A stretch of 64,000 nucleotides of DNA, taken from Planktothrix sp. GU0601_MAG3. GTDB lineage: Bacteria; Cyanobacteriota; Cyanobacteriia; Cyanobacteriales; Microcoleaceae. The stretch covers positions 288,001-352,000 of the forward strand of contig CP136572.1 of assembly GCA_035193785.1 (NCBI GenBank). Direction: 5' to 3'. The notes beneath the pieces were generated by a model. The model made no database searches and had not been told where the DNA came from. It worked only from the letters and a program-made list of their open reading frames with translations. How positions within the stretch are numbered: the stretch's first letter is position 1; each line of letters starts with the position of its first letter. Below, piece by piece: positions 23,119 to 35,986 of the stretch. Both the position numbers and the translations under genes were made by a program.

Positions 23119-23345
23119 TTTTGGCTAGAGACGGACGGGGTAGTGTGTTGATAGTAGCTGGCGATTTCCCAGCTATGGGAAAGGAAATGACGCACCAAAA
23201 TTTCCTTTTCGGGTGTGGGGGAATAGGAATTAAACCAGTCGGGTAATTTTGTCAGAGTCACAGAGATTATACAGGCGGTGATCATCAAAAGACCATATTT
23301 GAGGATAGGTCGATTCGATAGTCCCTTAACATTGAAAGATAGCAT
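23115..23345 (-). CDS. Small hypothetical membrane protein
   Basis: 76-aa ATG ORF with one hydrophobic segment. Confidence 0.45.
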   Translation of the reverse strand: MLSFNVKGLSNRPILKYGLLMITACIISVTLTKLPDWFNSYSPTPEKEILVRHFLSHSWEIASYYQHTTPSVSSQN

Positions 23346-23486
23346 AGGAATTTCAAACTCAATAAAAATCTCCCTGTCAGTTCATACTGCGGGAGATAAA
23401 TTCAGGGTGCATCTACTTAATAATTTAACTGTAGCACATAAAATGATGGGTGTCACCCCCTATTGCTAAAACCCCTTATTTTTTGG

Positions 23487-23969
23487 TCATTCAGGCTGAC
23501 AACGGCATTCTGTCGAGGTTTGGGACGATAGAGTCTGCTGACGCTGTTGAATTATGGTGGCTAAATTGGGACGTCCGGTTAGGGCCAATCGCCAATCGGC
23601 CCAAATTTCATAGAGGGCGTTGATGATTGGCCCGATTAATGGCCAGCGAGTGGGTGCATAAATCCAACCGAGTCCGAGCACTTGGTAAACCCGATAAAAC
23701 ACCTCTACATTTTGCAGAATTGTCCCGTCGGGAAGTAAGGCGTGAATTCGTCCCATGGCGGCTTCAAAGGAGATATTGCCATGATCTTCGGGGTTATAAT
23801 TGAGATCGCTAATATCAACAAAAGCAATTAATTCCCGTCCCGCGTCCCGTTTTTGTAAAAAATTCACCTCTCGCAGACATAGGGGACATTCACCATCATA
23901 AAGCAGTTTAATTTTCCAAGGAGTTGATGTTATGGGGGATGGGTTAACCGTTTCTAGGCTTTGATTCAT
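23487..23969 (-). CDS. DCC1-like thiol-disulfide oxidoreductase (DUF393)
   Basis: LLYDGECPLC (DxxCxxC) motif. Confidence 0.88.
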   Translation of the reverse strand: MNQSLETVNPSPITSTPWKIKLLYDGECPLCLREVNFLQKRDAGRELIAFVDISDLNYNPEDHGNISFEAAMGRIHALLPDGTILQNVEVFYRVYQVLGLGWIYAPTRWPLIGPIINALYEIWADWRLALTGRPNLATIIQQRQQTLSSQTSTECRCQPE

Positions 23970-24095
23970 AAAAAATAATTGCAATTTTTGAGTATAAGAT
24001 AATCATGGCATAATTCCTGTAGGGGCGGGTTCGCAAAGATCTATAAGACTCGTCCGGGATTTAACTAAACCCGCCCCTGAATATTATAATTAATC

Positions 24096-25656
24096 TCAGG
24101 CTTTAGGAAGGGTAAAGGTGAAAGCAGTTTGACCCAATTGAGGGGGATCTAAGGTGAGATCTCCTTGATGGGCGCGGGCGATTTCCCGTGCTAAACTTAA
24201 TCCTAATCCGATTCCTTCTATTTGGCGAGTTCGAGCCGGATCGCCACGATAAAAGCGATCAAATAAACGATCTCGATCTTTAATCTGAATATCTTTAGAG
24301 GCGTTACTAACATTAATTATTACCTTTTTTCCCCGTTGATAGCTTTTGATTTTGATCCAACCTTCAGGTAGATTATATTTAATAGCATTACTAATTAAAT
24401 TTTGGATAACTTGGGTTAATAAATCCTGATCTCCTAAAACAATTAATTCTGGATCAATTTCGGTTTTAATGGTTAAATCTGGGTCTAATAATTCTATGTC
24501 TTCCATCATCTCTAATAATACGGGATATAAATTAACCTGGGTTTGATATATCCGCATTTGTCCAGCATCTGCTAGGGATAATAATAATAGTTTGCGGGTG
24601 GTTCCTCCTAAACGTCTAACTTCATCTAATAGATGACTTAAGGCTTGCTGTGTGGATGATTCTGTTTCGGCTTTTTGTAACATTTGTTCTAGTTCTCCTT
24701 GAAGAATTGCTAAGGGAGTTTTGAGTTCATGGGCGGCGTCGCCACTGAAACGAGACGCTTGTTTGAAACTACGTTCTAAGCGTTCTAACATTTGATTAAA
24801 GACTTGAATTAATTCGACAAATTCCATATCGGTTGTGCTGATAGGAACACGCTGATCTAGTCCTTGAACTGTGACTTGTTGGATACTTTTTGTTAATTGT
24901 TGAATCGGGCGTAATGCACTACCAGATAATGCCCAAGAACCTCCAACAATCAGTAATAATAAAATAGGAATTGATACTAAAAAACCATTGCGAAACTGAT
25001 ACCATTTCCTGATCAATAATACTCAAATTAACAGCGATCGCCACTTTTTGATGGGGAAAGGTGACTAAACCGACGCGCCACAACCCCGTAGGAGAGCGTC
25101 GGGTGATGATTTTGAGTTCAGGAGAGGGGGGCGGTAAATGGTTGCGGGGGCGACGAGGAATATCTAAATCATCGGGAAAATCTCGCCTACGGGGAGTATC
25201 TAAATCATCGGGAAAATCCCGCTTATGGGGAGTATCTAAATCATCGGGAAAATCCCGCTTATGGGGAATATCTAAATCATCGGGAAAATCCCGCTTATGG
25301 GGAATATCTAAATCATGGCTAGGAGGTAATAAGAATGGGATAAAATCAGAAATCTGAAGGTTGATGTCTGACCAATTAATTGACTGATATTGGGTATAAC
25401 CGTCTCTATCAAGTACCCAAATTTTGATTGGGGTGTCCTTAAAATCATGGGTTAATTGAGTTTCATAAACTTCTAATGAGGGTTGCTCTTGTAGATGGTT
25501 AGTTTGTAATAATTGGTTTTGGAGTTGGGCGTCTAAACGACCTGAATAAGCATTATAAATCAACCACCAAAATACCATACTAAAAGCGATTAAAGAAGCC
25601 CCGGTTAGGGTGGCGGATAATAGAGCAATACGGACTCGAAAAGAGTGGCGTTTCAT
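24096..25656 (-). CDS. HAMP-HisKA-HATPase sensor kinase of CusS/YedV type; apparent +1 frameshift at 24992-24996
   Basis: FSGDAAHELKTPL, NLISNAIKY, FDRFYRGD, GIGLGLSLA; two TM segments. Confidence 0.9.
25157..25316 (-). repeat. In-frame 36-bp tandem repeat (4 units + partial) encoding DDLD(I/T)PHKRDFP
   Basis: Unit GGA(A/G)TATCTAAATCATCGGGAAAATCCCGCTTATGG with no spacers. Confidence 0.95.
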
Positions 25657-26336
25657 GGTTGTAACTCCGGTTTACGAAAGCGATAACCGACGCCGCGCAC
25701 ACTTTCAATACAGTCATTTCCACCGATACCATCAATTTTTTTTCTAATCCGTTGAATACAGACATCTACAACATTTGTATTCGGGTTAAAATCATAACCC
25801 CAAATGTGTTCTAATATTTGGGTGCGGGTTAATACTCGTCCGGGCGATCGCATCAAATATTCTAACAAGTTAAATTCCCGGGTGGTGAGTTCAATAATCT
25901 GTTGATTACAGGTAACTTCTCGGGTAATTCTATCTAATTTTAGCGGCCCATAAGCAATAATATTTTGACGTTCACCGATATTCCGACGCACGACAGCATG
26001 GATACGGGCGATTAATTCTTCAACAAAAAAAGGTTTGGAAATATAGTCATCTGCACCTAAATTAAGTCCTTCTAGTCGGTCTTCTAATTCATTGCGGGCG
26101 GTCAGCAGAATAACGGGAATATTGCGTCCAGCTTTGCGGAGACTTTTGAGAATAGATAATCCATCTTTTCCCGGGATCATAATATCGAGAACAATGACAT
26201 CATATTCGTTATTCATTGCTTGTAAATACCCGTCATCGCCGTTGTCGTAATAGTTGACAACAAATCCTTGTTCCTTCAGACCCATTTGTACGAAGTTGGC
26301 GATTTTGGGTTGATCTTCAATCAACAGAACATTCAT
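25653..26336 (-). CDS. OmpR-family response regulator (CusR/YedW type)
   Basis: LLIED, LDIMIPG, GADDYISKPF, TNVVDVCIQRIRKK, VRGVGY; ATGA overlap with the kinase. Confidence 0.93.
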   Translation of the reverse strand: MNVLLIEDQPKIANFVQMGLKEQGFVVNYYDNGDDGYLQAMNNEYDVIVLDIMIPGKDGLSILKSLRKAGRNIPVILLTARNELEDRLEGLNLGADDYISKPFFVEELIARIHAVVRRNIGERQNIIAYGPLKLDRITREVTCNQQIIELTTREFNLLEYLMRSPGRVLTRTQILEHIWGYDFNPNTNVVDVCIQRIRKKIDGIGGNDCIESVRGVGYRFRKPELQP

Positions 26337-26397
26337 AATTTTAATGAGAATTTGATGAGAACTTCCTTAATAATAGTTGGATTAATGGTTCTATAAT

Positions 26398-26413
26398 ATT
26401 ACAAATTTGTAAT
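26398..26413. promoter_or_regulatory. Perfect palindrome ATTACAAATTTGTAAT, CusR/HprR-box-like operator
   Basis: Lies in the divergent promoter between the response regulator and the msrQ-like gene. Confidence 0.6.
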
Positions 26414-26481
26414 CTAAGGAAGTGGAAAACGGTAATCATAGTTTGGCTTAATAGAAACATCAAGGATTAGGGAATTAAGCC

Positions 26482-27028
26482 ATGCAAATATTTCAACTTG
26501 AATTTAATCCGGTTTCCTTTGCGGCTTTATTAGGATTTTTAGCCGTGGGAGCTTATATTTTAACGTTACTTCCGACAACTTTAAAAATTGTTTTTCCAGC
26601 GACAACAAAAAGCGGGATTCCTAAATGGTTGTTGAAATATCGGCGTTGGATTGGTCTTTTGTCCTTTGGTTTGGCGGTGGGTCATGCTTATATTTATTTT
26701 AAACAAAGAAATTTTGATTTGTGGGATATTAAAACCTATTGGTTTCTATTTTCAAGGTGTTTCAACCTTGACTATTTTTACTTTATTGGCAATTACTTCT
26801 AATAATTGGAGTATGAAAAAACTCAAGAAGAATTGGAAGAAATTACAACAGTTAACCTATTTAGCAATGTTTTTATTAACTTGGCATATTTGGGCAATTA
26901 TGGCTCACCATTGGACATATTTAACTCCGATGGGAATAGTAGCAATGTTCATTATTATTGTTTTATTTCTCTATCGTCAATGGATTGTTAAGCAAACCTC
27001 AAAAACCGGGTTTCTACAAAAATCTTGA
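26482..27028 (+). CDS. Ferric reductase-like (MsrQ/YedZ-type) heme membrane protein; apparent +1 frameshift at 26742-26746
   Basis: RRWIGL...GH, LAITSN, WKKLQQLTY...WH motifs. Confidence 0.8.
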
Positions 27029-27073
27029 TTTCTATCCCGATAAAACGATTAGAAACCCGGTTTTTTATTATTA

Positions 27074-28453
27074 ATGGAGTTAAATCAAATGTTTGTTAAA
27101 CAAATTAACTGGAAAATTTCAACGGTTTTATTGGTTCCAATTATCATGGCTGCAAGTGTTTATTTGAATCAAAAGTTATTCGCCTCAAACTCAACATTAT
27201 CCCATGCAAAATCTGGTTTTTCTTCGGCTTCTATACAAACTTTAAAAGATGATTCAGGATGGATTTATGCGATCGCAATTACTCCCGATGGTAAAACATT
27301 AATTAGTGGGGGATATGGCGGTTTAATTAAGATTTGGGATGCTAAAACGGGTCAATTACAAAAAACCTTAAATGCCCACGTTGATGCAATTGAATCTTTG
27401 GCGATTAGTCCTGATGGCAATTTAATTATTAGTGCGAGTTGGGATAATGAAATTAAACTCTGGAATCCGAAAACAGGTCAACTAATTAATACCCTTAAAG
27501 GTCATAGCGATGATATTAAAACTATTGCCATTAGTCCCGATGGAAAATTGTTAGCATCTGGGAGTACGGATAAAAAAATTTGTCTATGGAATTTGTCTGA
27601 TGGTAAACTGATTAAAACCCTAGATAATAAAGATTGGGTGAAATCTATTGCTTTTAGTCCCGATAGTCAGGTATTAGCAGCCGGAGGAGAAAATGGCAAT
27701 ATTAAAATTTGGTCTTTAATTGACGAGGGAAACTATATTTTAATGCAGCATTCTGGGGCGATTCAATCCCTAGCTTTTAGTCCCGATGGTCAGATGTTAG
27801 CTAGTGGAAGTGCTGACCATACAGTGAAATTATGGCAGTTTAAAACTGGGAAGGTTTTACACACATTAAATCATCATTCCGCCGCCGTTTTGTCCGTTGT
27901 TTTTAATCCCCAAGGGGATATTTTAGCTAGTGGGAGTTATGATAAAACGATTAATTTATGGAATCCTAATACGGGGGAATTATTAGATAATTTATCGGAA
28001 CATAAAAATCCAGTTTGGTCATTGGCTTTTAATCCTGAAGGTACGGTTTTAGCAAGTGGGAGCGGAGACGAAACAATTAAATTTTGGTCAATGAATACCC
28101 CTAATAATCCGATTTATGCCGCTTCCCAAACTCGAATTAATAAAGTACCTGTAATAATCACAAAACCCGAATTAATTCAACACTTAAATCAACAACTTTA
28201 TGCTATAATTGATCAACGTTGGCAATCGAATTTAATGATTAGTGATTCATTGATTTATCGAGTAACTTTAAACGAACAGGGAAAAATCATGGAGTATCAA
28301 CCCTTTAACTCAGCCGCAGTTCGGGAGATGCAAAAAACCGCCCCTATTTTCCAACCGGATACTCAATCTCGGTCTGAATATGCGGCTCAATTTCAGGTGG
28401 TGTTATCTGCCGATGGCATACTTGAAGTTAGTCCTTGGGAGGGGTGGAGATAG
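27074..28453 (+). CDS. WD40 repeat protein with N-terminal TM/signal segment
   Basis: About seven H..(A/I)..(F/I)SPDG..LASGS.D.TIKLW repeats. Confidence 0.92.
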   Translation: MELNQMFVKQINWKISTVLLVPIIMAASVYLNQKLFASNSTLSHAKSGFSSASIQTLKDDSGWIYAIAITPDGKTLISGGYGGLIKIWDAKTGQLQKTLNAHVDAIESLAISPDGNLIISASWDNEIKLWNPKTGQLINTLKGHSDDIKTIAISPDGKLLASGSTDKKICLWNLSDGKLIKTLDNKDWVKSIAFSPDSQVLAAGGENGNIKIWSLIDEGNYILMQHSGAIQSLAFSPDGQMLASGSADHTVKLWQFKTGKVLHTLNHHSAAVLSVVFNPQGDILASGSYDKTINLWNPNTGELLDNLSEHKNPVWSLAFNPEGTVLASGSGDETIKFWSMNTPNNPIYAASQTRINKVPVIITKPELIQHLNQQLYAIIDQRWQSNLMISDSLIYRVTLNEQGKIMEYQPFNSAAVREMQKTAPIFQPDTQSRSEYAAQFQVVLSADGILEVSPWEGWR

Positions 28454-28523
28454 TTGCTAAATTTATAACTTTTGGGTTTCCTTTTGTTTGATTTTCCCTA
28501 AATGCAGTAAACTATAAAAATGA

Positions 28524-29841
<1,318 letters not shown>

Positions 29842-29942
29842 TTCGTAGTGAGCCCGACCGGGCTCTCTAACCCTAATCCCTCTAACCCCTGAAGGGGTTA
29901 CTACGAGTTTCTCTAACCCCTGAAGGGGTTACTACGGGGTTA

Positions 29943-31806
29943 CTACGAGTTGGGTAAATAGGGTTGTAAGGCATCTTTAGTAACAGCAATATTACAAGCT
30001 AAAGCAATTTGTTCCTTTTCAATAATCCCAACCAATTGACGCGGGTGTTCCCGGGTGACAACGGGTAATTGGGGTAAATCCCTGGCGGCCATCCGTTCTA
30101 AGGCGACCTGAACGGGTTCATCTTCATAGGCACAGAGGATTTCCGTTGTGCAAATTTCCTTTAATATTTGCTGTCCTAATGCTAAAGAAGAATCGGGGTT
30201 TGTGGCTTGAAAAATGGAACGACGGATATCTGTAACCGTGATTAATCCAGCTAATTGAGAAGTTTCATCTAAGATTAAAGCCGTATGACAATTCAGTTGT
30301 ACCATCACCGCACCCGCCTCTAAAATCGGCATCGAACAGGGAAGGGTTAAATAGGATTGACCCATCACCTCAGAAATTCTAATGGTTTGTAAGATTTCTA
30401 ACTCATTGGGTCGTTCTAAATAAACCCCCATTTGTTGTAAATTCAATCCCGAATCCGATTTATTAGATTGCACCACATCCACAATTAAAACACTTACCCC
30501 CACCGCCGCCATTAACGGTAAAATAATCAGATAATTTTGAGTCATTTCAAATAATAATAAAATCGCCGTTAAAGGTGCTCTTACACTCGATGCTAATACC
30601 GCCGCCATTCCCACCATGGCATAGGCGGCCGGGGGTGCAATATCCGGTAAAAAAGGGTGGACTAATCCCCCTACGGCTTGCCCATAGGTGGCTCCCAATG
30701 TCGCCCCAATAAACATCGCTGGAGCAAAAATTCCCCCCACTAATCCACTACCCAAACTAATAGAAGTGGCAATAATTTTAAGCACTAATAAAATCATTAA
30801 TAAATCTAAAGAAAATTGCCCCTCTTGTAATAGGGCTTGAATCGTGCCATAACCAGGGCCGAGAATATGGGGAAAATGAATGGCGACAATTCCGACAAAT
30901 AATCCTCCCAACATGGGATGTAGATGTTGAGGAATTTTGGTTAAACAGAAGAAAGCCGGAACTTCTCCCCGAAAACAACGTTGGGAAAATTTAATCGCTT
31001 GGGTATAGGCTAAGGAAACAAAACTGGCTAAACAGCCTAATCCTAAATAAAGTAATAATTCCCAATTGCTACGAAACCTCATAAACCGGGGGAGAAAAAG
31101 CCGGATGGTCACCAAAAACAATTCGGGCAACTACAGAAGAAACCACCGAAGCTAGGAGGACTAAACCCACACCCGAAGCCGCAAAACTTGAGCCTAAAAT
31201 TACTTCTAAAGCAAAGAAAACTCCAGCAATCGGAGCATTAAATCCGGCGGCTAATCCGGCGGCGGCTCCGGCTCCTAATAATAGCCGATAGCGCTCTTTA
31301 GAAACTTGAAAATTTTGCCCTAAAATTGCGCCTAAATTTGCCCCAATTTCCACACTCGGCCCCTCGGGGCCCAAGGAAGCACCCGTACCTAGAGAAATGG
31401 CGGCGGCTAAAAGTTTAATAAACGGTCGAAAAGGAGAAATAATCTGGATTCTTTGAGTATTAATTAAAGAAGAAATCCCCTCGCCAAAAAATTCCTGATA
31501 ACGATAGCGAATTAACCCAACAATTAGACCGCCGATGGGTGGAATTAATGCCAGTGTCCATAGACCAAAGGGCATCATTAATCCCATAAAATCTTCTAGG
31601 GTTAACCGTTGTAGAAGTTCCACTAATCCGTGAAACATGACCATGACCAACCCCGTCCCCCCGCCAATTAAAAGGGCAAAGATTAAAATTAATATTTGCG
31701 GGGGAGGTTGTAAACGGTTTAATAAGCTTGTTAGGCGGTCAGAAACGGAGGGAAGTTCGGGTTGCTGCAGCAGAATGCCCTCATTATTGGGCAGAGTGGT
31801 TGTCAT
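29943..31806 (-). CDS. ClC chloride channel/antiporter with CBS domains; apparent +1 frameshift at 31073-31077
   Basis: SLGPEGPSVEIG, GFNAPIAG, GGIFAP motifs; C-terminal CBS pair. Confidence 0.93.
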
Positions 31807-32151
31807 TATGATTAATTGCCGAATAATCTTTATAAAATTTCAAACAAGTTCTAACCCGGGTAAGTATTAAAACTTAAATAACGTACTCATTCATAAAGAA
31901 CAGACACTTCAGGTTTATCGATTAGATTCCCAGGACTATACACAGAAAAACATACACCACTGTATCCTGCCTGCTGCTGATTACCCGCCTTGGGTTTCTA
32001 ATCTTTCTCTTAAGTACGGCTATTTCCCGTTTTTTATTCGTTAAAACCGAATTCATTCCGGCGGCCGATTTACTATCCTTAGAATCATCAAGGCTGTAGT
32101 CGAGCCTATGTCAACATTGTATCAAACAATTTGTCAATGGAGGTAAAGATT

Positions 32152-32587
32152 ATGCAGTTAGTTCGTTGGCAACCCTTTGAAGAAATTGATTCTCTACAAC
32201 GAGAAATGAATCGTCTGTTTGATAGTTTAGTCCTGCCTTCGGAAAAGGCGGGGATGTCACTGTTTCCTGCGGCTGAACTCGAAGAAACCCCGGAAGCGAT
32301 TATCCTAAAACTGGAAGTTTCCTGGGGTGAGTCCAGAGGAATTGGATGTCCAAGTTAGTCTTGATGGGGTGGCAATTACGGGAGAACGTAAATCAACCAA
32401 CCATACGGAAGAAAAAGGAGTCAGTCGCAGTGAATTCCGCTATGGAAAATTCCGCCGAGTGATTCCCCTTCCGAATCGGATTCAAAACACCCAAGCTCAG
32501 GCTGAATATAAAGACGGGATTCTCAGCCTCACCTTACCGAAAGCGGAAGAAGAAAAAAACAAAGTGGTTAAAATAGCAATCGGTTAG
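32152..32587 (+). CDS. hspA: Hsp20/alpha-crystallin small heat-shock protein; apparent +1 frameshift at 32317-32321
   Basis: RWQPFEEI..LQREMNRLF, SEFRYGKFRRVIPLP, AEYKDGIL.L.LPK. Confidence 0.92.
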
Positions 32588-32823
32588 GAATGGGCAATTG
32601 AATCGACCTTTCCTCAAGGAATGCTGAGGAAAAGTGGTGTTAGTTCTCGTCGAATTTTAATGAAAGTTCGACTATAATGGGGAAGGAGAAAGGCGGATTT
32701 ATGACAATATTTCCGCTTTTCTTCTTGGAGATTTTCCTGTTAAAATTGAGGATAGTTGCCTTGAATATCAACGAATCAAAACCTCAGCCTAAGGCTGAAA
32801 ATGATATAATTGAGAGTGAGTCT

Positions 32824-34044
32824 ATGGAGAAGATACAGCCTAAAACTCTTACTATTAATTCTATCATTAGTTATCTTTTAGTTGCGGTTTTAAGTGTAGG
32901 CTTAACCTTAGTCAGCATACAGATTTTTCCTAATTCTTTAAGAAATTCTGCCCAAGCTGAATCAATTCAAACCCAAACTCAACCTGCAACAGTTGCCACC
33001 ATTCCTAACCCTAATACCTTCGGGAATTTTGTCTCAGTGGCGGTGAATCGGGTCGGGCCAGCCGTAGTTAGAATTGACACAGAACGTACCATTTCTGCTA
33101 ATATTCCTGATCCTTTTTTTGATGATCCTTTTTTCCGCCGTTTCTTTGGGGAAGGAGTACCCCAAGCTCCCCAAGAATATCAACAACGGGGACAAGGTTC
33201 GGGATTTATTATTGATAGTGGTGGGATTATTTTAACCAATTCCCACGTTATTAAAGGTGCCGATAAAGTTACCGTTACCCTCAAAGATGGTCGTCAATTT
33301 CAAGGAGAAGTTCGTGGTAGTGATGACCTCTCGGATTTGGCTGTAATTAAAATTAATGGTAGTAATTTACCCGTTGCTCCTTTGGGGAATTCCAGTCAAG
33401 TTCAAGTAGGGGATTGGGCGATTGCTTTAGGAAATCCGTTAGGATTAGATAATACCGTTACCCTGGGAATTGTTAGTACCTTAAATCGTCCCAGTTCTCA
33501 AGTCGGAATTACCGATAAACGATTAGATTTTATTCAAACCGATGCGGCCATTAATCCTGGTAATTCTGGGGGGCCATTATTAAATGATCGTGGGGAGGTG
33601 ATTGGGATTAATACTGCGATTCGCGCCGATGGTCAAGGGATTGGTTTTGCTATTCCTATTGATGCCGCCAAAGCCATTGAAGCCGCTTTAGTTAGGGGGG
33701 AAAAAATTGCCCATCCCTATATTGGGATTCGCATGGCAAACTTAACGGCAGATATAGCAAAACAACTGAATAGTGACCCTAATGCCTTAATGTTAATTCC
33801 TGAATTTAATGGGGTATTAGTGGTACAAATTATGCCGAATAGTCCGGCGGCTAATGCGGGTTTACGTCGAGGAGATGTGATTACGGAAATCGATGGAAAA
33901 GCAATTATTAGTGCTGACCAATTGCAGCGTTTGGTGGAAAAAAGCAAAATTGGTCAACCCCTAAAAATTACTCTCCATCGCGGACAAAAAACTGAACAAA
34001 TTTCTGTGCGTCCGGGTCAACTCGATGAGACCGCCCTGCGTTAA
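32824..34044 (+). CDS. HtrA/HhoA-family serine protease with PDZ domain
   Basis: GSGFII, TNSHV, DLAV, TDAAINPGNSGGPL, C-terminal PDZ. Confidence 0.94.
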   Translation: MEKIQPKTLTINSIISYLLVAVLSVGLTLVSIQIFPNSLRNSAQAESIQTQTQPATVATIPNPNTFGNFVSVAVNRVGPAVVRIDTERTISANIPDPFFDDPFFRRFFGEGVPQAPQEYQQRGQGSGFIIDSGGIILTNSHVIKGADKVTVTLKDGRQFQGEVRGSDDLSDLAVIKINGSNLPVAPLGNSSQVQVGDWAIALGNPLGLDNTVTLGIVSTLNRPSSQVGITDKRLDFIQTDAAINPGNSGGPLLNDRGEVIGINTAIRADGQGIGFAIPIDAAKAIEAALVRGEKIAHPYIGIRMANLTADIAKQLNSDPNALMLIPEFNGVLVVQIMPNSPAANAGLRRGDVITEIDGKAIISADQLQRLVEKSKIGQPLKITLHRGQKTEQISVRPGQLDETALR

Positions 34045-34339
34045 GGGTTGTGGCTTTTCTCTAACAGAAAAAATGCACTCTTTCTGAATAAAATTGAAGG
34101 AAGGGTGCATTTGTCAGGAGAAAACTTTAAAATATTTTTTGATTAGCAAACTTCGTGTTCCTATTATAATCAATTTATTTGGTATTGGGCAACAAAGATA
34201 TCTCATCAGACAGATGTAAAAGCAAAGATTGAGATTAGTAACAGAGACAGAGCAAAAAATGTATAATTAATATGTAAGATTAGCATAATATAATTTGATA
34301 TTAACTAGATTTAGTGTTAGGATCAAAAAGAGTAGTGAA

Positions 34340-34429
34340 ATCGTTCATCTCTTGGTAGTCTTTGATTCTCGCATACCAAAATGACTGCTAAAAGACGGAA
34401 GTAGGGACTTCTCCCGAAGGAAACGCGCC
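34340..34429 (+). ncRNA. Glutamine riboswitch (glnA motif, class I)
   Basis: ATCGTTCATCT...P2...AGACGGAAGTAGGG-ACTTCT-CCCGAAGGA(A)ACGCGCC matches the glnA-motif core as I recall it. Confidence 0.85.
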
Positions 34430-34466
34430 TGTCTTCACTGCGAGTTGAAACAGGAGGCGAACAACC

Positions 34467-34646
34467 ATGACTTTAAGCAAAGAAAGTGTCCGCGAAACTT
34501 CTTCTTCGGATATTCCGACTAGCGAAGCTTTCGATTTCGATTTGTGGGCGACAAAAGTGAAACGTCAGCTTGTGGCGGCATTAAATCACCAAGTAGCTCC
34601 CGAACTTTCTCAGAACGACGCTCAAAAAACCTCCTCCGAATTATAA
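34467..34646 (+). CDS. 59-aa small protein downstream of the glutamine riboswitch (absent from the ORF track)
   Basis: SD AGGAGG; MTLSKESVRETSSSDIPTSEAFDFDLWATKVKRQLVAALNHQVAPELSQNDAQKTSSEL. Confidence 0.75.
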   Translation: MTLSKESVRETSSSDIPTSEAFDFDLWATKVKRQLVAALNHQVAPELSQNDAQKTSSEL

Positions 34647-34769
34647 GGAAATTGGGTTTGAAGAAAACGGTTAATCTCAATTTATTGAGTTTTATACTAT
34701 TTTCTATTCGATAAATATTATTTGTGGGGGTGGCTAATGAGTCGCCCTTACCTGTTTTAAAACTGGCTA

Positions 34770-34847
34770 TGTTCCTATTCCCTGTTCCCTGTTCCCTGTT
34801 CCCTGTTCCCTGTTCCCTGTTCCCTGTTCCCTGTTCCCTGTTCCCTA
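34770..34847. repeat. STRR array (TTCCCTG)n
   Basis: Directly visible tandem heptamer. Confidence 0.95.
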
Positions 34848-34852
34848 CTATA

Positions 34853-35720
34853 TCAAGTTAAAAATTGTTGTACCGTTTCCCAATATTCTTCGCCCCCAAC
34901 CTGTCTAACATTATTATGACCCGCACCCGCAACAATTAAAAGCTGTTTCGGTTTCTATGGCGGCGTTAAACAGGTCTTCGCTCATGGTTTTAGGAATTAA
35001 CTCATCTTCGGTTCCATGGGTGAATAATATCGGCATTTTTAAAGTAGGAATTTTAGCTAAGGAGTCAAATTTTTGAGTTAGAATCAAATTAATTGGAAAC
35101 ATCCAATATTTCTTTTTATAATCAATCATTTCTCGAACATTAGTAAAAGAACTTTCAATAATTAATCCAGAAATTTCAGGATGTTTGTAGGCTAGATCAA
35201 TGGCGATTGCTCCTCCTAATGAATGTCCAAAAACATAAATATTATGGGGATTAATTCGTCGTTCATTTACTAAATAATTCCAGGCAGTTTCAACATCTTC
35301 ACAGACTATTTTTTCCGAGGGAAAGCGGTTTGTACTGAGTCCATAGCCCCGATATTCTACTAATAAAACCGATAGCCCCATTTGATGAAATTGTTCTGCA
35401 TATCCGATATTTCCCCCGATGGTATTGCGGTTTCCATGTAAATCAATAATCACTTTTTGATGAGGATTAGTTTCTGAAGGAATCCACCAACAATGTATCA
35501 TTTCTATTTTTCCTGAAGGAGTGGGAATTGTTAACTCGATATCTTGATAGGATAAACCCATATCATCCGGGGTAATAGTAATTAAACGAGAGGGGAAAAA
35601 AATAAAGCGGGTTTGTCGTAAAAACAGGAATAGACAAGCACAGAAATAAGCGATCACGCCCACCCCTAAAACGATTAATCCCACTTTAACTAGAATCATT
35701 AAAATCAGATTTGGCATCAT
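34853..35720 (-). CDS. Alpha/beta hydrolase; apparent +1 frameshift at 34951-34955
   Basis: HGN, YRGYG, GHSLGG, HGTEDELIP, corrected EPKQLLIVAGAGHN. Confidence 0.9.
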
Positions 35721-35986
35721 TTTAATCTCTCCTGATTTCGATAAAACCACCTTTTTTAATCTTTGTATCTCTTAAATCAGTTAAGTCAAAAAGAGAAAAA
35801 ATGGTTTTTGCACACAACCCTATTCTTTTCAGTGGGGATCAAGCAATTTCCGCTTAATTTCGCAAGAATTTTGAACAACCCATTTCCACCCCATCCCATG
35901 AAATTAGGGGGGATCAATTATTAATCACCCAACGGCGAAATAGTCCCACAATAAAAAGTTAAGTGCGATCGCACCGATCACTAAAA

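Noticed and set aside
23069..24090. Genomic island integrated at the ssrA 3' end
   Set aside because: No integrase and no duplicated ssrA 3' end seen in the window.
25157..25316. CRISPR array (36-bp repeats)
   Set aside because: Repeats are contiguous with no spacers, lie in frame in a kinase, and no cas genes are present.
34467..34646. Calling the riboswitch-controlled ORF gifA/gifB
   Set aside because: I see no IF7/IF17-like basic C-terminal motif; left unnamed pending a search.
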